In this document: positions 1 through 9,041 of the stretch, piece by piece
How the letters are laid out: each line of letters starts with the position of its first letter
Position numbering within the stretch: the first letter of the stretch is position 1
The notes under the pieces: generated by a model
Seen by the model: the letters and a program-made list of their open reading frames with translations, nothing else
Databases searched by the model: none
Told to the model about the DNA's origin: nothing
Origin: a virus
Strand: one strand, 5' to 3'
Length of the DNA: 64,000 nt
IMG/VR virus record: IMGVR_UViG_3300045988_086138
Made by a program: the position numbers and the translations under genes

Positions 1-849
1 GCTGCTGGAGATATGGCAAAAGAATTGATGGAATGGGTACTCTATATCGAAGTTCCAAAACATCTTACCCATTATACTCAAGGTACTCAAGCTAGAGATT
101 ACAAAGCTCAAGTAACTTGGGTACAGACTTGCTTGGGTACAGTAGGTAATTCTAAGTACATTGCCTATTTTGGTGGTGGGCTTAAGTACTACAATGAAAA
201 CGGTAATCTTCAGGATTCAGATGTAGTGGGTACCATTGCAGGTTTGGGAGATGCTTCTGCTACTCAGTATGGGCCTTGGAAATCCTTTGCTGGTATGAAC
301 CGAGGAGTAATTGGGGATGCTGTTGGACCAGTATGCCCGAATTATGGTTCTCCTTCTCGATATAATGAACTGAACATCCTTGCTCAGAATTATATCAATG
401 AGATGGTAATCAAAGATACACCAGATGCTGGTAAACAAACTATGCTCTGGCATTGCTTCTCCTCTCAAGTAAAACAGGATTCTGAAAGATTCCTTTCAAT
501 CGTAAGGTTGAATCTGTATCTGAAGAAATTCCTTCGCCCAGTACTTAACAAGTATTTGGAAGAACCAAACGTTTGGAGTACTTGGAAGAGAATCTGGTTG
601 GAAGTTAAACCTACTCTGGATTCATTGGTGGATGAAGATGCCATGACAGAATATACCTGGATGGGTGACCAAGATGCAACTTCTTGGGATGACCTTTCGG
701 TAAATAACGAAGCAGATGCTCGTCAAGGTAAATATCGTGCTATCCTTAAGTATAAGGACGTAGTTCCTATGCAAGAGGTAACTATGGAGATTGTAATTGA
801 TGCTGCCTCTAAGTCGGTATCAGTTGTAGAAACAAGTAATAACCTATAA
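1..849 (+). CDS. contractile tail sheath protein, C-terminal part (gene starts upstream of window)
   Basis: Frame 1 is open from nt 1 through the ATG at 13 to the stop at 847-849, so the 5' end is probably missing. Sequence character and position directly 5' of tube, chaperone and tape measure fit a sheath. Read by eye. Confidence 0.6.
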   Translation, partial: AAGDMAKELMEWVLYIEVPKHLTHYTQGTQARDYKAQVTWVQTCLGTVGNSKYIAYFGGGLKYYNENGNLQDSDVVGTIAGLGDASATQYGPWKSFAGMNRGVIGDAVGPVCPNYGSPSRYNELNILAQNYINEMVIKDTPDAGKQTMLWHCFSSQVKQDSERFLSIVRLNLYLKKFLRPVLNKYLEEPNVWSTWKRIWLEVKPTLDSLVDEDAMTEYTWMGDQDATSWDDLSVNNEADARQGKYRAILKYKDVVPMQEVTMEIVIDAASKSVSVVETSNNL

Positions 850-860
850 ACATTATAACG

Positions 861-1325
861 ATGGGAGCAAAAGTAAAAAACCCACGGAAAAAATTCCTGT
901 GGAGTATTATGTTTCCTAAGCACCCTATCAATACCTACCTCTTTCAAACTTGTACTTTGCCAGATGTAGAAATTGACCAGGTAGCTCATGGGGACGTTAA
1001 TAGAGACGTTAAAACTGCAGGTAGGGTTACAGTAGGTAATCTAATTGTAGAGAAACTTATGACTACTGCAGGTTCAGATACATGGCTTCATGATTGGCTT
1101 TATTCTTGCCAGGATATGATTGCTGGTGGAGGATTGGTACCAAGCCAATATTGGGAAACTGCAATTGTAAATGAACTTGCTGAAGATGGGGTATCAGTTC
1201 TTAATACCCATATCTATGAAGAGGTTTGGCCATGTAAGATAACTGGCCTTGACTTGGACAGAATGGCTTCAGAGAACACCATTGAGTCTATCGAATTCTC
1301 AGTAGGTACTGCAGACAAATATTAA
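861..1325 (+). CDS. tail tube protein
   Basis: 154-aa ORF immediately after the sheath gene. Size and synteny fit a gp19/FII-type tube protein. Followed by a hairpin terminator. Confidence 0.6.
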   Translation: MGAKVKNPRKKFLWSIMFPKHPINTYLFQTCTLPDVEIDQVAHGDVNRDVKTAGRVTVGNLIVEKLMTTAGSDTWLHDWLYSCQDMIAGGGLVPSQYWETAIVNELAEDGVSVLNTHIYEEVWPCKITGLDLDRMASENTIESIEFSVGTADKY

Positions 1326-1357
1326 TTCCTTAGTCTATTTTCACTAAGATTCGGTGG

Positions 1358-1400
1358 AGGGGTGGGATTCCTGAGATAGGATGTCTCACCCCTTTCTTGT
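1358..1400 (+). terminator. hairpin terminator after sheath-tube genes
   Basis: AGGGGTG (1358-1364) pairs with CACCCCT (1387-1393), followed by T-rich TTCTTGTTGTT. Confidence 0.5.
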
Positions 1401-1448
1401 TGTTACAGGGAATACTATGAACATTTGTAAACATTAAAATATTAAATT

Positions 1449-2210
1449 ATGGAATTTAGAACATTTGAATTTACCGGGCCCTCTGGTTATCTTTACGAAA
1501 TCAGAGAACAGAATGGAGCTGATGAGGATATACTCAGCAACATGTCAGACATGAAGACTTTGATGAACCTTACCAAGTTCATTGCAGCCATAGTAATCAG
1601 AACCAATGCTACTCTCACTGGTAGGTTAACTGTAGAGGATGCACTTAACCTACCAGTAAATGACCGCTATGCCATCATATTCAATTCTCGTATTTTCTCA
1701 CTGGGAGATGAGGTAGAATTTGAATATGATTGGGGTAATGAAAATGGTGGTAAGGTTACTTATGGCCAAGATCTTCATGAATTCCTTTTCGATTATGGTA
1801 CAGTACCTACAGAAGAGGAACTTGGTAAAAAACCAGATGCTATACCTTTCTACCCCGAGGGTGTTAAATTGGTAGACCATGAATACACCCTGACTTCAGG
1901 TAAGCATATCAAATTCGATTGCATGACCGGTAAGGGAGAACAAGCTTTCATGAAACTCCCTATGGAAAAGCAAACTAAGAATGCCCCTCTTCTTTGCCGT
2001 AACCTTTATTTAGAGGTAGATGGGAAATGGGAGAAGGTAGAAAGCTTTATGCCATTCAGTGCAAAGGATATGGCTGAGATGAGAAAATATATACTATCTA
2101 TCGACCCAGTATTCAAGGGTGATTCCCATATTACTAATCCAGTTACTGGGGAGGAAAGAACTTATCCTGTAGTATGGGCACCTAATTTTTTCTACCTGAC
2201 GGAAGAGTAA
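1449..2210 (+). CDS. tail assembly chaperone, in-frame (short) product
   Basis: 253-aa ORF between tube and tape measure. It carries a slippery TTTTTTC near its 3' end with an open -1 frame. Confidence 0.6.
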   Translation: MEFRTFEFTGPSGYLYEIREQNGADEDILSNMSDMKTLMNLTKFIAAIVIRTNATLTGRLTVEDALNLPVNDRYAIIFNSRIFSLGDEVEFEYDWGNENGGKVTYGQDLHEFLFDYGTVPTEEELGKKPDAIPFYPEGVKLVDHEYTLTSGKHIKFDCMTGKGEQAFMKLPMEKQTKNAPLLCRNLYLEVDGKWEKVESFMPFSAKDMAEMRKYILSIDPVFKGDSHITNPVTGEERTYPVVWAPNFFYLTEE

Positions 2211-2356
2211 CTTTAGAGGGTGATTTTGTTTATATTACCAGAGCCGAGATAACCTTAGATTATTTCGGCTTTTTACATCTTCCGTATAGGATAAGGAAAA
2301 TATTCAAGGATATGGCCGAGCAATATTATAAACAATTAAAGAAGAAAACAAGATGA
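1449..2356 (+). CDS. tail assembly chaperone, long product via programmed -1 frameshift
   Basis: Manual translation of the -1 frame from 2192 gives 54 sense codons (LPDGRVTLEG...QLKKKTR) up to TGA 2354-2356. That stop overlaps the tape measure ATG as ATGA. Confidence 0.55.
2186..2192 (+). promoter_or_regulatory. slippery heptamer T TTT TTC (X XXY YYZ) for -1 ribosomal frameshift
   Basis: Zero-frame codons AAT TTT TTC lie at 2184-2192. The -1 frame is open to 2356. Confidence 0.55.
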
Positions 2357-4296
2357 TAAATACCAGTAGGAGTGTAATAGAGGTCGGTGTTGCCATGGTT
2401 TTAAGAGACCGATTCTCTCAGGAAGCAGGTAAGATATCTGGGTCATTTAGAACTATGATGAATGACATGACTACCTGGAATAGAGGTATTCAGATGTCAG
2501 CTTCCAATACAATGGACTTCGGGATGCAACTTGTGGGGGGAATGGCAAGGGCCTATAAATACTCTGCGGGTGTTCAGAATGAAGTTTGGACTGCTTCGAA
2601 GATTGCTGGTGCTACCATTGCAGAACAAAGAGAAATGTTACAATTGGCAAAGGATGTCAATGAGATAACCCCTCTTACTGCTTCAGATGTTGCATCAGGA
2701 CAAAGATACTTGGCTATGGCCGGTAATAAATTCGATGCTATTAAGGAAATGATTGGGCCAGCCTCTAAGCTGGCTTCAATCTTTACTATGCCAGTGGGAC
2801 AGAAAGGTGGTGTAGCTGACTTGATGACTAACATTATGTCAATGTACCAAATCCCAATGACAGAAGCCGCTAGAGTAACCGATGATTTATATACTGCTGT
2901 TACTAATGCAAATATATCTTTAACAGACTTAGCCCAGTCCATATCCTATGCAGGAGCAGATATGGCAACTGCTGGAGTAGACCTTCGGCAAACGGCTGCT
3001 GCTATTGGTGTATTAGGTGATATGGGTATACAAGGTTCTATGGCAGGTACTTCACTGGCTAATATGATACGTTATTTACAACTATCCCTTGTTAACCAAA
3101 AAAAGAAAGGCTATAACGCTTTAGCAGACTTAGGCTTAAGTCCCGATGAATTCTTCGATGCTAAAGGTAACCTTATAGACCTTTACACTATCTATCAGAA
3201 GTTTGCTAAGGCTGCAGTAGATTTGCCTTCACGAATTGAAACCCCAACATTCTTCAATATCTTTGGAGTTCGTGGTAATAGAGGTATGCTCCCAGTACTT
3301 AGGGATATTGCTTCTGGTAGAGATAAGATGGGTAAGATACTTGCAACCTATAATCAGAATATGGGTGCAGTAAATAGACTCAATGAAGAAAGACTTAAAA
3401 CTGATGCCGGTGTAATCGACCAATGGCAATCCGGTCTAGAGAACTTAACAGTTACTGCAGGTGCAGCACTTGGTAGAGTATTTACACCAGTACTTCAATT
3501 TGGTACCCGGTTAGTCGATATAATTAACTCAGTATCAGAAACTTGGGCAGGAGGGTTTGCTCTTAGAGTTGTAGCAACTGGTGTAGTAGTGGGTACTATA
3601 GTAGCAGGTTTTAAAACTCTAAGAGGTATAATGCAAATGACCTCTTACCTTCAAACTTTAACTACCAGAGAATCCAATGGTATGTCAGCAGCGGCCATAA
3701 AGACCAATACCCAATTTGCCATCATGGAAGCACACATGGTAAGTATGGTTAACCTTATGAGAACTATGGTACAACTACAGATGATGATGGGTGGTGTTGG
3801 TATGAACAGTAAGGGTAGATTCTATAATTCAAAAACTGGTAGATTTGTTAAGACTCCTAATCCTGGTGTACCTTTAGCTACTACTATGGGTGCTAGTTTA
3901 ATTGGTGGAGCAGTAGGTCAAAATATGGCAAACACTGGAGGTCAGATAATTAGACAAGGAACTGCAAAAGGGCTAGCTTCAATTGGTGGTCGTCTTTTGG
4001 GATTCTTAGGTGGACCTATTGGAATTGGTATTACAGTACTTCTTCCTTTATTAATCGAGGGTATTAGTTATCTTAGCAATTCGGTAGATAGGAATACTGA
4101 TGCTCAAAATAATAAAGAAGATGACCCATTAACTATGAGGGCTCAGAATGAGGAAAGATTCCTTAATGCCATGAGAGCTGCCATTAGAGATGGTTTAAGA
4201 GATGGTAAGATTGGTATCACAATCGATGGTCAATCTGCTGGAGATTATACCCTTGGTAGTCAACAGGATTATACTGGAGTAGTATTAGGATTATAA
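2353..4296 (+). CDS. tail tape measure protein
   Basis: 647 aa. The core region (LAKDVNEITPLTASDV...YAGADMATAGVDLRQTAAAIGVLGDMGIQGS) is typical of tape measure proteins. Gly/hydrophobic-rich C-terminal half. Confidence 0.85.
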   Translation: MINTSRSVIEVGVAMVLRDRFSQEAGKISGSFRTMMNDMTTWNRGIQMSASNTMDFGMQLVGGMARAYKYSAGVQNEVWTASKIAGATIAEQREMLQLAKDVNEITPLTASDVASGQRYLAMAGNKFDAIKEMIGPASKLASIFTMPVGQKGGVADLMTNIMSMYQIPMTEAARVTDDLYTAVTNANISLTDLAQSISYAGADMATAGVDLRQTAAAIGVLGDMGIQGSMAGTSLANMIRYLQLSLVNQKKKGYNALADLGLSPDEFFDAKGNLIDLYTIYQKFAKAAVDLPSRIETPTFFNIFGVRGNRGMLPVLRDIASGRDKMGKILATYNQNMGAVNRLNEERLKTDAGVIDQWQSGLENLTVTAGAALGRVFTPVLQFGTRLVDIINSVSETWAGGFALRVVATGVVVGTIVAGFKTLRGIMQMTSYLQTLTTRESNGMSAAAIKTNTQFAIMEAHMVSMVNLMRTMVQLQMMMGGVGMNSKGRFYNSKTGRFVKTPNPGVPLATTMGASLIGGAVGQNMANTGGQIIRQGTAKGLASIGGRLLGFLGGPIGIGITVLLPLLIEGISYLSNSVDRNTDAQNNKEDDPLTMRAQNEERFLNAMRAAIRDGLRDGKIGITIDGQSAGDYTLGSQQDYTGVVLGL

Positions 4297-4307
4297 ACTA
4301 AAATATT

Positions 4308-5225
4308 ATGGCTAGAGTATTAAATAAAGCAACAGGTAAGGTTGTTGAAAAGTACAATGATCTTACACGAGATACTTCTGGTGTTCTTACTGGCCCATTA
4401 AATAAATTATGGAGAGCTCGAATATTATTAAATCGAGCTATATCCACTCTCCCCAAAGATGATGCTTTAAAAGGTAAAGCCTATGACCCTAATGGGGTTT
4501 TAGGGGAATCTCAGATATCATCTAAGAACCCCATCTTAAATAAACAACTCCAGGCTAAATGGAGAATGGAATTGCAATTCCCAAGGATGGAGGAAGGAGA
4601 AGGTATAGACCCAGCAAAGGGCAATAAGAATACTACTAATTATCGAAACTTCGAGGTAAAGGCAGATATTAGATATCAGAATGAAGTACGGATATATAAT
4701 ATGTCTGCTAATCCAACTCAATATATTACTTTACAGAATAGACCTCCAGAATTGGATTTCAGAGGGGAAACTACATGGGCAACCATTAAATCTATGGGAC
4801 GTAATACACCCATGTATCACTTTACTGGTGCCGAAGATATTATTCAATTTAATGTATCTTGGTACTGCAATGACCCAGAGAATCCCGAAGAGGTAGTAAA
4901 TAAATGCAGGTTACTAGAGGCATGGACTAAGGCAAACGGTTATCAGACTGCTCCACCGATTATTCAAATCGAATGGGGAGAATCAGGTTTATTCGAGAAC
5001 CATTACTACATCCTTACTTCTGCAACCTATACTCTGAAGAATTTCCAGAACGGTTATAGGATAAGGGTTCCTGGTAAACCTGCTACATTTGGTAATGGTA
5101 AGTTATTACCTGCAGCTGCTACTCAAGAATTAATTTTCAAGAGAGTAAGTGCATACAACTTATCCTATGGAGATTTTATAAATTCTGATTCACTTAAAAA
5201 GACGGAGGGCATTAAATATGATTGA
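4308..5225 (+). CDS. baseplate tube-initiator-like tail protein
   Basis: Sits directly after the tape measure gene. The C-terminal pattern PPIIQIEWGESGLF...YILTSATYTLKNF...LLPAAATQELIFKRV resembles tube-fold proteins of contractile injection systems. Tentative. Confidence 0.4.
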   Translation: MARVLNKATGKVVEKYNDLTRDTSGVLTGPLNKLWRARILLNRAISTLPKDDALKGKAYDPNGVLGESQISSKNPILNKQLQAKWRMELQFPRMEEGEGIDPAKGNKNTTNYRNFEVKADIRYQNEVRIYNMSANPTQYITLQNRPPELDFRGETTWATIKSMGRNTPMYHFTGAEDIIQFNVSWYCNDPENPEEVVNKCRLLEAWTKANGYQTAPPIIQIEWGESGLFENHYYILTSATYTLKNFQNGYRIRVPGKPATFGNGKLLPAAATQELIFKRVSAYNLSYGDFINSDSLKKTEGIKYD

Positions 5226-5508
5226 TACAACTCAGTATTTAGTAGGTGCGAGTCCCTATAACCAAGCCTACGTTTTAAACTATGGCGATGGCGATTATTC
5301 TTTAGAGGCTGTTCAAACCTCAGTACCTTCATCATCCGATGATATACAACATACGGTAAAGGATGGAGAGACTCTACAGAATATTGCTTATAGGTATTAT
5401 GGTGATTCTGGTAAGTGGTATCTTATAGCTGAGGCTAATGGTATACTAAATCCATTTAAGGAATTAGAAAGTGGAACCCTTATAAAAATCCCAGTATATG
5501 CCGGCTAA
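5218..5508 (+). CDS. LysM-domain tail protein (P2 gpX-like)
   Basis: HTVKDGETLQNIAYRYYGDSGKWYLIAEANGILNPFKELESGTLIKIP is a clear LysM motif. Start overlaps the upstream gene. Confidence 0.7.
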   Translation: MIDTTQYLVGASPYNQAYVLNYGDGDYSLEAVQTSVPSSSDDIQHTVKDGETLQNIAYRYYGDSGKWYLIAEANGILNPFKELESGTLIKIPVYAG

Positions 5509-5989
5509 ACAAAAACCCATATTATATAATGGAATGGGCCAACCATATTTGGCTCTTTTCGATTTTAAAGGAATGTCCATTAAGAATCCTCTTACGGGCA
5601 TTCCTCTTGGAGCGTATATAAGTACCTGGAGTTATAGATATGATGAAGAGAAAGAGAATTTAGCAACCATTACTTTTGATACTGGTAATCCTGATACCGT
5701 AGATATAGAGGCTTTACAAGAAGGGCAGAATATATGCCTTCAGTGGGGTTACATATATCCAGACGGTTCATTTGTTTCTGGTCCAATTAAAGTAATCAAA
5801 GTAAGAGATTTCGATGCTAAGTTTGATTCTACTGGTACTCATATAACTATAAAGTGTATTGATTCTACGGGGGATTTAAGGTATCAACCATCTTATAATT
5901 TTTCTGAGATGGAGGGATATAAGTTATCTACCTTCTTAGACAATGGCTGTGATAATTCTGTAGGTGTAATCATAGAAATATTTCAATAA
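5498..5989 (+). CDS. baseplate hub protein, N-terminal fragment (gpD / Mu P-like)
   Basis: 163 aa. ITFDTGNPDTVDIEALQEGQNICLQWGY resembles the N-terminus of hub/late-control-D proteins. Its stop overlaps the next start as TAATG. Confidence 0.45.
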   Translation: MPAKQKPILYNGMGQPYLALFDFKGMSIKNPLTGIPLGAYISTWSYRYDEEKENLATITFDTGNPDTVDIEALQEGQNICLQWGYIYPDGSFVSGPIKVIKVRDFDAKFDSTGTHITIKCIDSTGDLRYQPSYNFSEMEGYKLSTFLDNGCDNSVGVIIEIFQ

Positions 5990-7890
5990 TGGAACAACAG
6001 ATTATAAGTAATAAAGTATATGAGTCACTACAAGTACCTACTGAGAATACCAGAACTACTACTGGTAAAGTACTTTATGCGAATAGATACAGTGGAGTAG
6101 CTAGTGTGGCTATGCCCGAAGATTTAAAAGCTCTAATAGATAGTGACTTTGGATTAGTAGGCAAGAATATATTGGTTCAGCTTGAACAGAAGATGAAGGG
6201 TTATACTAATGGCCCATGGTATGTAGATTCTAGAGATGGGGTTATCTATATACATAATCGAAAGTTTAATGAGGAACCAGTACATACTTATACCTATCAG
6301 GGAGAGAATGGTGAAGTACTCAGCGTATCTTTTACCATGCAGAATATAACTAAAAAAGTTAAAGCTACATTGGCCCCAGTAATCAATCCTGAGAGTAAAG
6401 ATTTAAATGTATTTACTACTGGTATAAAAGAACCAGATGAGAATAATTTACCTCAGGTAATGCCCAATGAAGCTAATGGGGTATATTATAAAAATTGGAA
6501 TACTTCAGTAGGTAAATATGGTGCTGAGAATAACCCGGATGATATTTGGAAAGTTAAAAGTATTCAAATAGAAAATGCCCTTGCAAATGATATGAACTTT
6601 AAAGCTGCCGTAGCAGCCGAGAAGGAAATGAACCATAAATGGAATAGTGATGTAGCTGAATACAAAGCTACCAATCCTGCAGAAGCTTATAGAGCGGGTA
6701 AACAAAAACATCTTGATGATCTTGAATTAAGTGAATTGAAAGCAAATATCAATCAGGCCATATCTAATTTACCCAGTGACCGTAGAGCTGCTGTTCAACA
6801 AGCTTTACGTAATTCAAAAACTGGTAAAGAGTTAGAAGCTAATCTTTATAAGATACTAAAGAATGAACGGTACTTATTTGAAGGGGATGACCAAATGATG
6901 TATATGACTATAGAGGATGTAGACCCAAGAGATTATGACCCACAACATGCTAATAAGGGTGGGGCTACTGCTTGGGGCTCAGAGGATATGGCCAGTGTAA
7001 ATCGAGGTATTCAAGCTTTGAAGGATGGGCCTTATACCATTGTGGTAGATGATACTCCGGTGATAAAATATAAGAACCCCTTAAATCAAAGCTTGGGTAT
7101 TTATAGTATCAGTGTTAAGGTACAGCATTGGAAAAAAGCCAACATGGATGTACCTATCTATAAGCTCTATCATAACCTATTTAGTAGATACGGTGGGGCA
7201 GATAAGTATGCTTGGGCTGCTAATGCTAATGCCAATGGTGGGTTAAAACATACTGAGAAAAGGTTAGTATGTCAAATGCAGGTAATAGGTAGACCTTCTC
7301 TTGCCTCATCTCAAATAATTAATATTGAGAACGTAGGTAAACGTTGGTCAGGGCCTTGGTATATCAAACAATGTACTCACTCTATGGATGCTGGTCAAGG
7401 CTATATAACCAATTTGGAGTTAGTAAAGAATTTAGGTAAGTCTGGTTCTGTTACTTCTCAATCTGGTCTATCTACTCAGGATATAGTAGCAAATGATGCT
7501 AAGTCTAACAGTAAAACAAGTAAAGGTAAAGATAAGAAATCCCTTAGCAATGTAAACGAATTAATACTTGACTTCACTTACAATGAAGTAGTATACTTCG
7601 TGGAAACTTTCTTAGATAAAAATGGGGAAGTTAAAGATAGAAAGGGAGCAGAGGAATTCCTTCGTAAGAGGGCTTACTATACCGAAGTACTTGCTAAAGA
7701 CCCAATCGAAAAAGCAGAAGGAATAGTAATTACTGAAGGTAATCTTACTACCTCTACTGGTAAGTATATACCAGGAAAGATAACTATTAAGGACGTACAA
7801 GTTCCTGATGATTACTGGGTTAAGTTTGATTATATGGCAGTAGCCATGAGGAATTACAAAGAATATTTGAAAAAGAATAAAATAAAATAA
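5989..7890 (+). CDS. baseplate hub protein, main part (gpD / Mu P / gp27-like)
   Basis: 633 aa. VIGRPSLASSQIINIENVGKRWSGPWYIKQCTHSMDAGQGYITNLELVKN resembles the conserved C-terminal core of the late-control-D family. Synteny is consistent. Confidence 0.5.
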   Translation: MEQQIISNKVYESLQVPTENTRTTTGKVLYANRYSGVASVAMPEDLKALIDSDFGLVGKNILVQLEQKMKGYTNGPWYVDSRDGVIYIHNRKFNEEPVHTYTYQGENGEVLSVSFTMQNITKKVKATLAPVINPESKDLNVFTTGIKEPDENNLPQVMPNEANGVYYKNWNTSVGKYGAENNPDDIWKVKSIQIENALANDMNFKAAVAAEKEMNHKWNSDVAEYKATNPAEAYRAGKQKHLDDLELSELKANINQAISNLPSDRRAAVQQALRNSKTGKELEANLYKILKNERYLFEGDDQMMYMTIEDVDPRDYDPQHANKGGATAWGSEDMASVNRGIQALKDGPYTIVVDDTPVIKYKNPLNQSLGIYSISVKVQHWKKANMDVPIYKLYHNLFSRYGGADKYAWAANANANGGLKHTEKRLVCQMQVIGRPSLASSQIINIENVGKRWSGPWYIKQCTHSMDAGQGYITNLELVKNLGKSGSVTSQSGLSTQDIVANDAKSNSKTSKGKDKKSLSNVNELILDFTYNEVVYFVETFLDKNGEVKDRKGAEEFLRKRAYYTEVLAKDPIEKAEGIVITEGNLTTSTGKYIPGKITIKDVQVPDDYWVKFDYMAVAMRNYKEYLKKNKIK

Positions 7891-7892
7891 TT

Positions 7893-8615
7893 ATGGGATA
7901 CGAAACTGCACAGATTATTACCGAGGAAGGCCTAGAAGGTCTCGGTAGATATTATTCAGTCTATCGAGGTATAGTTGTAGATAACAATGATACCGAGAAG
8001 AATATGAATAGGGTAAAGGTATGTATTCCAGAAGTAATGGGTGGTACTTTTACTTGGGCTATCCCTAAAGGTCAACATGGTTCTATAAGTAGTGGTTTTA
8101 AATATTTAGCCCCGAAGGTTGGAGACATAGTATTTATTACTTTCGAATTTGGTGACCCAACAAAGCCTTTATGGGAATACCATGGTTGGGGATTACAACA
8201 AATACCTCAACCCCTTAATGGTCCGAATAAAATGGGCTTAGTTACACCTGAGGGTAACTTAATTGTGATTGATGATGATGAAGGAACCTTGAACCTATAT
8301 TTTAATGGCTCTGTATCTTTATATTCAGAAAGTGATGTAGTGATAGCCTCTAAGAAAAGTATAGGTATAAATTCTGGGGATTCAGTAGTACTTAATACCG
8401 GAGAGAATAGAGGAATCATTAATATTGAACAGTTAACCGAGAAACTAAATCAAACTGTTAAAGAGTTAGAACAACTTCGCAGTTTGTTTAATTCTCATGT
8501 ACACTCAGGTGTAACTACCGGACCAGGTTCTTCTGGTCCAACAGTAACTCAAGTAACTAAACCTTTCTCACAATTCGTTATAGACGATTATGAGGATAAA
8601 TCTTGCATACACTAA
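7893..8615 (+). CDS. baseplate central spike (gpV / gp5 OB-fold type)
   Basis: The N-terminus YYSVYRGIVVDNNDTEKNMNRVKVCIPEVMGG...GDIVFITFEFGDPTKPLW is typical of phage baseplate assembly protein V. Confidence 0.7.
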   Translation: MGYETAQIITEEGLEGLGRYYSVYRGIVVDNNDTEKNMNRVKVCIPEVMGGTFTWAIPKGQHGSISSGFKYLAPKVGDIVFITFEFGDPTKPLWEYHGWGLQQIPQPLNGPNKMGLVTPEGNLIVIDDDEGTLNLYFNGSVSLYSESDVVIASKKSIGINSGDSVVLNTGENRGIINIEQLTEKLNQTVKELEQLRSLFNSHVHSGVTTGPGSSGPTVTQVTKPFSQFVIDDYEDKSCIH

Positions 8616-9040
8616 TGGAAAAGAATTACTTTACAGATCTAGTTGGTATAGGTGTAACATATCCTATTCAGCTTACTCAGAATGAAAAGGGTGAAAGAGG
8701 TTGGTACCCAGTTAATGGGGATTTTAAACTTATCCGAAATAATATAAGTTCGATATTATATTATATGATAGGTCAGAGGTTTCGACAAGAAAACTTTGGT
8801 AGTAAACTATGGCAATGTATTGAGGAACCAAACTCACAAGCCCTGAGTTTTATAATTAAAGAGTTTTTAAAACAAGCCATAGGTGCTTGGGAACAAAGAA
8901 TAACCTTCCAAAGTATCACAGTTACTAGAGTTGATGCAAAAATACACATAGAAGTAGCTTATGTAGTAAATGGAACAAATTCTAGTCAGTACCTTGATAT
9001 CACCTATGACAGTTCGGATAATTCATTAAATACACAATAA
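8615..9040 (+). CDS. baseplate wedge protein (GPW / gp25-like)
   Basis: GVTYPIQL...IRNNISSILYYMIGQRFRQENFGSKLWQCIEEPN fits the gp25 family. The ATG at 8615 overlaps the upstream stop as TAATG; the ORF-track start at 8603 is a TTG. Confidence 0.7.
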   Translation: MEKNYFTDLVGIGVTYPIQLTQNEKGERGWYPVNGDFKLIRNNISSILYYMIGQRFRQENFGSKLWQCIEEPNSQALSFIIKEFLKQAIGAWEQRITFQSITVTRVDAKIHIEVAYVVNGTNSSQYLDITYDSSDNSLNTQ

Positions 9041-9041
9041 T

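Noticed and set aside
2242-2275. Hairpin AGCCGA...TCGGCT followed by TTTT, first read as a terminator after the chaperone gene.
   Set aside because: It lies inside the open -1 frame extension (2192-2356) and between co-transcribed tail genes. It is more likely incidental or related to frameshift efficiency than a terminator.
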